Assembly: GCF_006345805.1 (NCBI RefSeq)
Contig: NW_021835932.1
Coordinates: 1-38,682, forward strand
Source: Octopus sinensis
Taxonomy: Eukaryota
Reading direction: 5' to 3'
DNA length: 38,682 bases
Part shown: piece by piece, positions 11,540 through 20,910 of the stretch
How the letters are laid out: each line of letters starts with the position of its first letter
How positions within the stretch are numbered: position 1 is the stretch's first letter
The notes under the pieces: model-generated
Databases searched by the model: none
Seen by the model: the letters and a program-made list of their open reading frames with translations, nothing else
What the model was told of the DNA's origin: nothing
Translations under genes and position numbers: made by a program

Positions 11540-12300
11540 TTCTTTAAGGAACCCATAATTCTTTGATTTGTTACCCCTTTTTTTTTTTAATTGTATTTTA
11601 TTTATTTATTTTTTTTTTGGTCCCTGAAATCCGGATTTGAACTAACCATCAGCCATGCCACTGTATGACTGTATACCTGTCAATGGCTATGGTACAATCC
11701 CCCCTTTTCCCCATTGTGCAAAGTTGTTTTGAATAATATTTATTATTTTTTATTATTGTTGTTATTAATAGAGGAGGATTGGACATATTTGATAGAACAG
11801 TGAATGAAATACTGCTACCTTTGTGGGAGGTTTTTTTTTTTTTCCCTTTTTTTTTCTCAAATCCTGGTTTTGTTCTGAGTGTACAAATATCCTGCTGAGG
11901 CTAATCCCAGTTTTATAATTTTATTATTTTTTTTTGTTTTGTTTTTGTTTTTTTTTTTGTTGTTGTTTTTTGTCCCTTGGAGGGACAGTTTGATAAAGCT
12001 ATAAAAACCAGTTAAGAAATAGTAGTGAGATGGCGGGGAGGGGGCGGGGCAGTTTCACATCAACTGTATACTTTACTTCCTTCTTCTTCTTCTTCGTCCC
12101 TCCACCCACCACCCACCATCACCACTACCACCAGCTCTACAATTTTTTTTTTTTTGCCCCCAGGCTCCCTACCTGTGTTAGAAAAATGATCAAATTTGAT
12201 TGACAAGACAGAATCATTTCAGTATCAGACAAACAGACAGACAGACAAAATTTCTTGTTCTATTTATTCGTGGATTCCAAGTTCAAATCTCACCGGCATA
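11540..12300 (+). other. Putative 3' UTR of gene 1
   Basis: TE-free, with poly-U tracts, directly after the stop codon. The 3' end is not defined from sequence. Confidence 0.4.
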
Positions 12301-12329
12301 AGCTCTCCTAATCATTTTATTTTCTTCGG

Positions 12330-12605
12330 TGGTTGTTTGCCCGTGCCATGGTAACGGCACCAGTGAATCACAGTCTCCGTTGTTGCTGGTGTCGTCATGT
12401 AAATGGCACCCGTGCCACCATCACGCAAAAGCACCAATTACACTCCTGGAGTGGTGGGCGTTAGGAAGCGCCTCCAGCTGTAGAAACCAAGCCAAATCAG
12501 ACTTGAGCCTGGTAGAGTTCTCTGGCTCATCAGCGCCAGTCGAACCATCTAACCCATACCAGCATGAAGAGTGGACGTTAAATGATGACGATAATGATGA
12601 TGATG
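12330..12605 (+). mobile_element. RTE-1 3' UTR fragment
   Basis: gagtggtgggcgttaggaagcgcctccagctgtagaaac...ggacgttaaatgatgacgat. Confidence 0.65.
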
Positions 12606-12769
12606 GTTGGAAGCGGAGGTCAGTGAAATAAGGTACTGGTCAAGTATTGAGTTGGTTGATATAGTTGACCGTTCCCCTTCCCCCCTCTCTTTACCCATAT
12701 CTGAAATCTTGTGCCAATTTAAGAAATCTTTATTTTTTTTCAGTGTTGTTGTTGTTGTTGTTATTGTTA

Positions 12770-13296
12770 TTAATATCATTATTATTATTATTATTATTAT
12801 TATTCTTAGGGCAATAACTTAGCAGAATCATCAGCCTGCTAGACAAAGTGCTTAATGGTATTCTCCCCCCCCCCGGATTTAAGGTTCAAAGTACATATGC
12901 CACCAAGGGTCAACATTGCCTTTCATCCTTTCAGTGTCAATACAATAAATAACCAATTCAATAAATAACCAGGTCAAACCTAAAGTCCATTGGCCTACCC
13001 ACCCAGCCTTCCCCCAAAATTACAGGCTTTGTGCAGATAGTAGAAATTATTATTATTATTATTATTAATATAGAAAGGATTCTCCTCCTGAAGATATAGA
13101 GATACTATTATTATTATTGTGAGCTGGTAGAGTGTTAGCATGTCAATGTGTTCTGTGGCAGCACTTCTTCCCGACTCATTTTTATACGGAGCTCGACTTT
13201 ATGGCAAGGTCCAGAGTCAATAAATACTGGTGTCAGTGTGATCAACTTATCCCCACTCCCCTCAAAATTGCTGGCCCTGTACCTAACTAATAAGGA

Positions 13297-13328
<32 letters not shown>

Positions 13329-15301
13329 GCAGTGAGCTGGCAGAATCGTTAGCAGTATTTTGCAGGGCTGTGGAATCGAAACAAAAAAATTTGACTCCGA
13401 CTCCTCTAATGTTGGCCCCTCTGACTCTTGACTCCTCTTTATCTAATTCAATAATTGTGGTCTACATATCTCATAAAGCACACGCTTGTACTTTGAGTAG
13501 GCCTGTATCTTATAACTGGTTTATATTAAAGAATAAAGACATTGTGAGTCAGAGTCAGTATAGTTTTACCAACTCCAACTCCCCACTTAATTGTTTCCGA
13601 CCCCGACTCCATGACTCTGACTCCACAGCCCCGGTAATTTGTGTGCCGCCATGTCCTGAGTTCAAATTCTACCGAGGTTGACTTTGCCTTCCATCCTTTT
13701 GGGGTCGATAAATTAAATACCAGTGAAACACAAGGGTTTGATGTAATCAAGTAGTCCCTTCCCTCAAAATATCTGGCCTTGTGCCTTTAGTAGAAAGGAT
13801 TATCATTGTTATTAAGGCGGCGAGCTGGCAGAATCGTTAGCACGCCGGGCAAAATGCTTAGCAGTATTTCGTCTGCCGTTATGTTGTGAGTTCAAATTCC
13901 GCCGAGGTCGACTTTGCCTTTCGTCCTTTCGTGGGTCGATTCAATAAGTACCAGTTACGCACTGGGGTCGATATAATCGACTTAATCCGTTTGTCTGTCC
14001 TTGTTTGTCCCCTCTGTTTTTAGCCCCTTGTGAGTAATAAAGAAATAGGTATTTCATCTGCCGCTAATGTCCTTAGTTCAAATTCTGCCGAGGTCAACTT
14101 TGCCTTTCATCCCTTTTGGGGTTGATAAAATAAGTACCATTTGAGCACTGGGGTCGATGTAATCGACTTGCTCCCCCCAAAAAATTCCAGGCCTTGTGCC
14201 TATAGTAAAAAGGGTTACTATTGTTGTTGTTATTATTATTATTATTATTATTATGAATGGTGAGCTGGCACAGTCATTAGTTTCATAAGGCTGCTCTTTG
14301 CATGCTGAGCTGAAATCTCACTTGATGTTCCAAGTTCAAATTCTGCTGAGGTCGACTTTGCCTATCAGCCTTTCGGGGTGAATAAAACAAAGTACCAGTT
14401 AAACACTGGGGTCAGTATAATCGGCTAGTCCCTCTCCCTACCAAAATTTCAGGCTTTTTACTGGTAATATAAAGTATTATTATCATTATTATTATTATTA
14501 TTATTATAAGGCACAGGAGTGGTGGTATGTTAAGAAGCTTTCTTATCAACCACATGGTCCCTGAAAGAAGCCCGTCGTATATATGTATATATATGTGTGT
14601 GTGTATGTGTTTGTGTGTCTGTGTTTGTCCCCCCAACATCGCTTGACAACTGATGCTGGTGTGTTTACGTCCCCGTAACTTAGCGGTTCGGCAAAAGAGA
14701 CCGATAGAATAAGTACTAGGCTTACAAAGAATAAGTCCTTGGGTTGATTTGCTCGACTAAAGGTAGTGCTCCCGCATGGCCACAGTCAAATGACTGAAAC
14801 AAGTAAAAGAGTATTATTAAAGTTATTATTATTATTATTGTTATTATTATTGTTATTATTATTATTATTATTAGCATGTCAGGCAAAATACTTTGTAGTA
14901 TTTTGCCCGTCGCTGTGTTCTGAGTTCAAATTTTGCCGAGGTCAACCTTGCCTGTCATCCTTTCGAGGTTGATAAATTAAGTACCAGTAAAACACTGGGG
15001 TCAATGTAATCGGCACATCCCCTCCTCCGAAATGTCTGCCCTTGTGGAAAAATTTGAAACCATTATTATTACTACTACTAAGGTGGTGTGCGCTGGTGGA
15101 ATCGTTAGCACACTGGGTAAATTGCTTAGCGGCATTTCGCCTGTCTTTATATTCTGAGTTCAAATTCTGCTGAGGTTGACTTTGCCTTTCATCTTTCTGT
15201 GGTCAATAAAATAAAGTACCAATAAAATAAAATACTGAGGTCAATGTAATTGATTAGTCCCCGTTCCCACCAAAATTTCAGGCCTTGTGCCCATAATAGA
15301 A

Positions 15302-15334
<33 letters not shown>

Positions 15335-15335
15335 G
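12770..15335 (+). repeat. Stack of about 8 same-orientation SINE-B copies separated by (ATT)n, plus one SINE-A (about 14505-14820)
   Basis: SINE-B heads or fragments near 12820, 13120, 13332, 13815, 14050, 14258, 14875 and 15081, most preceded by attattatt tracts. Confidence 0.7.
13363..13633. mobile_element. hAT-type MITE inserted in a SINE-B
   Basis: TIRs cagggctgtgga / tccacagccccg; 8-bp flanks gtattttg (13355-13362) and gtaatttg (13634-13641), a 7 of 8 match. Confidence 0.7.
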
Positions 15336-15740
15336 AAAGTATAAGCCATATTTTTAGTGAGTGCTCTAAGCTCGCACAACGTGAATACAAAAGGAGATGC
15401 GACGATGTGGCTAGATATGTCCACTGGCCGTTGTGCGATAAAGCAAACCTTGAGGGAGACGAAAAATGGTATGAACACAAGCCAGAGGTCGTAATGGAAA
15501 ATGAACATTACAGAATACTCCGGGATTCTAACATGCAGTGCGACCAAGTCATAGAGGCAAGATGGCCAGATATCGTCCTCATCCATAAAGATGAAAAAGA
15601 AGTAAAGATAACAGATGTTGCAATATCAGGCGATTCAAGGGTGAAATGTAAGGAAACGGAAAATATTGAGGAATACCGGTTACTGCGGGACGAGATAGGA
15701 AAGTTATGGGGCATGAGGAATGTAATGGTGACAACAGAAA
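15335..15740 (+). mobile_element. R4/Dong-clade non-LTR retrotransposon fragment (zinc-knuckle remnant plus restriction-like endonuclease)
   Basis: HIFSECSKLAQREYKRR...KWYEHKP..V.EN...PDIV...DVAISGD.RV..KE.E.I..Y..L..EI.KLW, the conserved R4/Dong RLE layout. Confidence 0.85.
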
Positions 15741-15744
15741 TTAT

Positions 15745-16640
15745 TATTATTATTATTATGGATGTCGCATAGGGTACAATATCACGAGGTTGTGGATTGA
15801 AGAAATTGTGTCTACCGGAGGATTTGTACTCTTTGTCAAGTCACAACAAGGACCTCAGACAGACAGTACTTTATGCAATATGCATGCAGTTCCAAGGAAC
15901 ACCGACTTTTGCAAGTAACATCTAGATTGTAGGGTATCTCTAAGGCAGTGCTTTTCAAACTTTTTGCTGGAGCGGAACCCCAAGGAAACATTCCACTGGC
16001 TCGAGGAACCCCTGTGCAATAATTTAATAGTCTTATGCACACATATCTGCACAGGAGAATTAAAAATTACTGTCGATTTTAGCAGTTTTGTAACTTCTTG
16101 CGGAACCCTGGACTGTACTGGCAGAAACCTAAGGTTCTGCGGAACCCTGGTTGAAAACCACTGAGTTAGACACAGTCAGTTAGACACTAGTTAGACCAGT
16201 GCTTTTCAAACTTTTTGCTGGAGCGGAACCCCAAGGAAACATTCCACTGGCTCGAGGAACCCCTGTGCAATAATTTAATAGTCTTATGCACACATATCTG
16301 CACAGGAGAAATAAAAATTACTGCCGATTTTAGCAGTTTTGTAACTTCTTGCGGAACCCTGGACTGTACTGACGGAACTCTAAGGTTCCAAGGAACCCTG
16401 GTTGAAAACCACTGCTCTAAGGTGTTCAGATTTTTTTCCAGATTGGGTGGTATTGAACCCAATGCTCCAATTACAATAGGGATAATCTTTATGTTCAACT
16501 ATCATAGTTGCCACATCTTAGCAATCTCAATTCCAAGGTCCTCATATTTATCAACTTCTCCTCTTTCTCTTATGATGATATGTTGGTGTCCAGGCACTGC
16601 TACGTCGATTATTAAGCACTCTACGTCGATTATTAAGCAT
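15745..16640 (-). mobile_element. R4/Dong-clade 3' end with (TAA)n tail, interrupted by a compound hAT MITE
   Basis: Minus-strand frames give CLIIDVAVPG..., IPIVIGALGSIP, and after the MITE LQKSVFLGTACILHKVLSV*. The (TAA)n tail is at about 15740-15760. Confidence 0.8.
15946..16414. mobile_element. Compound hAT MITE: two ~218-bp copies plus a 33-bp spacer, inside one 8-bp TSD
   Basis: Copies at 15946-16163 and 16197-16414 with TIRs cagtgcttttcaa/ttgaaaaccactg. CTCTAAGG occurs at 15938-15945 and 16415-16422. Confidence 0.85.
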
Positions 16641-16664
16641 TGACAGGTAGCAAGCCAAGCTACT

Positions 16665-16704
16665 CCAGACTGATGAAGAGCAATAACTCCGAAACTAGTC
16701 ACTG
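16665..16704 (+). ncRNA. Minimal type I hammerhead-ribozyme-like motif
   Basis: ccaga-CTGATGA-a-gag-caataa-ctc-c-GAAAC-ta-GTC^actg. Core CUGAUGA/GAAA, a 3-bp stem II with an A.C closing pair, palindromic stem III ACTAGT, and a short stem I CAG/CTG. This resembles the minimal hammerheads known from Penelope-like elements. Activity is untested. Confidence 0.55.
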
Positions 16705-16817
16705 AATGCTGACTTTGCCGGTTGGAGGTGCTTATCTCCCCTGTTTAAAAACTTAAGGACACAGAATACTTGTGTCACGTAGCCAACTGGAAACAATGTT
16801 TCCCGGGGGGCTAAATA

Positions 16818-17090
16818 GCAGAATATTCAGGGAAAGTCTTAGATAGTTGAAGAGAAGAGATAGCATGGTTCCATAGGCTGCAGGTAGCAAGACTCAGGGA
16901 ATTCCAAGAAAACCCATGATAAAGACAAATAATGATAATAATAGTTGGAAATTAGAATAGAGTGCCCTGTAGAACTGTTTTAAAAGGTTTGCCTCCTTGG
17001 CACGGCCAGAATATTCAGGAAAGTCTTAGATAGTTGAAGAGAACAGATAGCATGGTTCCATAGGCTGCAGGTAGAAAAGACTTTAAGGTT
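16818..17090 (+). mobile_element. Tandem 3' ends of a second R4/Dong-like family
   Basis: Translates to KVCLLGTARIFRKVLDS*, followed by a 3' UTR and an (AAT)n tail. The second unit starts ttggaaattagaatag at 16945. Confidence 0.7.
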
Positions 17091-17174
17091 TACTATATCC
17101 TGCATTTGGTGCTCTAACACTTTTTTGTCTGTCTGGAAATCAAAGTCCCAGAGGAATTTTTTGCCTTCCCCTTT

Positions 17175-17176
17175 AC

Positions 17177-17219
<43 letters not shown>

Positions 17220-17498
17220 TATGAAGATTGATATAACTCTTCACAAAGGTGAATAAGCAATAAGAAGAGTGAGATACGAGATGTGTCTGTGTTCTTTCCG
17301 TTTTACATTCTGAATCCATGGAAAATAGACAATCTGTCGAAATATTGTTCAGTTCAATAAACAAGAGTCAATCTCTATTTATTACAAATTATATCCTGCT
17401 CTTCTTATCGCTTATTATTATCATTATTATTATTATTATTATTATCATTATTATCATTATTATCATTATTATTATTATCATTATTATCATTATCATCA

Positions 17499-17535
<37 letters not shown>

Positions 17536-17612
17536 CATTATTATCATTATTATTATGATTATTATTATTATCATTATTATCATTATTATTATCATTATTA
17601 TTATTATCATTA

Positions 17613-17643
<31 letters not shown>

Positions 17644-17723
17644 CATTATTATTATTAAATGGCAGTGCCCCAGCATGGCCACAGCTCATGAGCTGAAACT
17701 GGAAAAAATCAAAAATCATCAAA

Positions 17724-17757
<34 letters not shown>

Positions 17758-18066
17758 TATTATTATTCTTATTATTATTATTATTCTTACTCTTCTTCTT
17801 ATTATTTATTATTATTTATTATTATTATTAGGTTGTCCCAAAAGTTCGTAAACTCTTGCGAAAATTGAATTTTTACTCGCCAAGTACTAACAAAAACAAC
17901 AAAAATTATTCCTCAAAATAAAGACCATTATTTTCCAAGACTTTCTACGAACTTTTGGGACAACCTTATATTATTATTATTATATTATTATATTATTATT
18001 ATTGTTATTGTTATTATTATTATTGTTATTGTTATTATTATTATTGTTATTGTTATTATTATTATT
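17175..18066. repeat. Compound (ATT)n/(ATC)/(GTT) microsatellite field
   Basis: Seen directly; it explains the poly-Ile and poly-Asn ORFs. Confidence 0.95.
17828..17968. mobile_element. Mariner-type MITE
   Basis: Perfect 20-bp TIR ggttgtcccaaaagttcgta (17831-17850) / tacgaacttttgggacaacc (17946-17965) in TA context; the ttaggttg start is mariner-like. Confidence 0.7.
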
Positions 18067-18615
18067 GAGTGAGAGAGCAGTGCATGCCATCAAAGTGACA
18101 CTGGGGTAAAATATACGAAGTCCAATATACCCATCATGACTACCCGTCTGATAAGGGTACACCAGGCACATGCATCACAACCATATGTGCGTGACATGGT
18201 GATCTCATATCAAGGTAAACAGCACATGACCTTGCAGGTGGAGCCCAGTTAGAATTTGCTTTTGGTCGAGTAACCCATCCTGCTCAAAAGGTCCCTGAAT
18301 AAGGGTTGTTTAAGGATGTTGAAGAAAACACCCATGTTTCCAGAGGTGAATTATTCAAACCCCAAAGAATCCCTCTCAACACATGGCTATGATGCTCCCC
18401 CACTACTTCTGCTTGTGATCAGAGGTGCACACATCGTCAGCCACTAAGGGACATGCTCAACTGGTTAAGGTCAAACAACTGACAAGGAAATCTGTGGTAT
18501 TGAGCAGAATATTTGCTGTAGTCCATCTTTTATACCAAAACAAAACAATGTACATGATGACACTTCCAATCAATTAAGATCAGAAGCCATGAGAACCACT
18601 GCCTGGTACTGCATC
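18067..18615 (-). repeat. Unclassified interspersed repeat, possibly a retroelement 3' end with (TAA)n tail
   Basis: Complex sequence bounded by (ATT)n tracts, with no supported ORF and only one copy in the window. Confidence 0.3.
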
Positions 18616-18639
18616 TTATTATTATTATTATTATTATTA

Positions 18640-19125
18640 TTATGGCAGCGAGCTGGTAGATTCATTAACATGCCAGGCAAAATGCTTAGTTCAAATTCCG
18701 CCGAGGTCAACTTTACCTTTCATCCTTCCAGAGGTCGATAAAATAAGTACCAGTTGAATACTGGGGTTGATCTAATCAACTCATCCCTTCCCCCAAGATT
18801 GTTGTCCTTGTGACAAATTTTGAAATCATCATTATTATTATTATTATCAATAATAAGGTGGCACGCTGGTAGAATCGTTAGCACACTAGACAAAGTGCTT
18901 AGCGGTATTTTGCCTATCACTAAGTTCTGAGCTCAAATTCTGCCGAGGTCAACTTTACCTTTCATTCTTTCAGGGTCAATTAATTAAGTACCAGTTATGC
19001 ACTGGGGTTGATGTAATCGACTGTTCCCACCATCACCACCGCCACCACCACTGCTGAAAAATTTCAGGCTTTGTGCTGTAGTAGAAAGGATTATTATTAT
19101 TATTATTATTGAAAGTAGCAAGCTA
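18640..19125 (+). mobile_element. Two SINE-B copies plus the start of a third, split by the LINE array (continues at 23362-23575)
   Basis: gaaagtagcaagcta joined to acagaatcaggagcatgcc...gttctgagttcaattt reconstitutes a degenerate SINE-B head. Confidence 0.7.
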
Positions 19126-19666
19126 TCATCATCATTCATCATTGTTCGACCGTGGTCGAGACAATGGAATTTACCATGCTACGCCAGACTTCACGGTCCA
19201 TCATGGCATTATGGAGGTCCTGTTGCTGGATGCTTGTATCCCTGGAGATTACATCAGGGTAGGAGAGTGTGCACCCTCTGGTATCGCGAGCAGATGGCTT
19301 CCAGAGGAGAAGAGTAGAAATTACCTCGTGTTCAGCTCTACAACAATGTCCAGCAAACTGGACTCTTCTACCTTTCACAAGAGATGATATGTATGTATGT
19401 ATATATATATCATCATCATCATTGTTCGACCGTGGTCGAGACAATGGAATTTACCATACTACGCCAGACTTCACAGTCCATCATGGCATTACGGAGGTCC
19501 TGTTGCTCGATGCCTGTATCCCTGGAGATTACATCAGGGTAGGAGAGTGTGCACCCTCTGGTATCGCAAGTAGATGGCTTCCAGAGGAGAAGAGTAGAAA
19601 TTACCTCTTTTTCAGCTCTACAACAATGTCCAGCAAACTGGACTCTTCTACCTTTCACAAGAGATG

Positions 19667-19698
<32 letters not shown>

Positions 19699-20853
19699 CA
19701 TCATCATCATTGTTCGACTGTGGTCGAGACAATGGTATTTACCATGCTACGCAGACTTCACGGTCCATCATGGCATTACGGAGGTCCTGTTGCTGGATGC
19801 TTGTATCCCTGGAGGTTACATCAGGATAGGAGAGTGTGCACCCTCTGGTATCGCGAGTAGATGGCTTCCAGAGGAAAAGAGCAGAAATTACCTCGTTTTC
19901 AGCTCTACAACAATGTCCAGCAAACTGGACTCTTCTACCTTTCACAAGAGATGATATGTATGTATGTATATATATATATATATATCATCATCATCATTGA
20001 TCGTCCGTGGTCGAGACAATGGAATTTACCATGCTACGCCAGACTTCACGGTCCATCATGGCATTACGGAGGTCCTGTTGCTCGATGCCTGTATCCCTGG
20101 AGATTACATCAGGGTAGGAGAGTGTGCACCCTCTGGTATCGCAAGTAGATGGCTTCCAGAGGAGAAGAGTAGAAATTACCTCTTTTTCAGCTCTACAACA
20201 ATGTCCAGCAAACTGGACTCTTCTACCTTTCACAAGAGATGATATGTGTGTATATATATAGATATATATATATATCATCATCATCATTGTTCGACTGTGG
20301 TCGAGACAATGGTATTTACCATGCTACGCCAGACTTCACGGTCCATCATGGCATTACGGAGGTCCTGTTGCTGGATGCTTGTATCCCTGGAGGTTACATC
20401 AGGATAGGAGAGTGTGCACCCTCTGGTATCGCGAGTAGATGGCTTCCAGAGGAAAAGAGCAGAAATTACCTCGTTTTCAGCTCTACAACAATGTCCAGCA
20501 AACTGGACTCTTCTACCTTTCACAAGAGATGATATGTATGTATGTATATATATATATATAATATATATATATATACATATATATATATATCATCATCATC
20601 ATTGATCGTCTGTGGTCGAGACAATGGAATTTACCATGCTACGCCAGACTTCACGGTCCATCATGGCATTACGGAGGTCCTGTTGCTGGATGCTTGTATC
20701 CCTGGAGATTACATCAGGATAGGAGAGTGTGCGCCCTCTGGTATTGCGAGTAGATGGCTTCCAGAGGAAAAGAGCAGAAATTACCTCGTTTTCAGCTCTA
20801 CAACAATGTCCAGCAAACTGGACTCTTCTACCTTTCACAGAGATGATATTATG

Positions 20854-20910
<57 letters not shown>

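Noticed and set aside
17318-17851. 177-aa poly-Ile and overlapping poly-Asn ORFs
   Set aside because: Translations of (ATT)n microsatellite; the same applies to 24486-25034 and other (TA)/(TG) ORFs.
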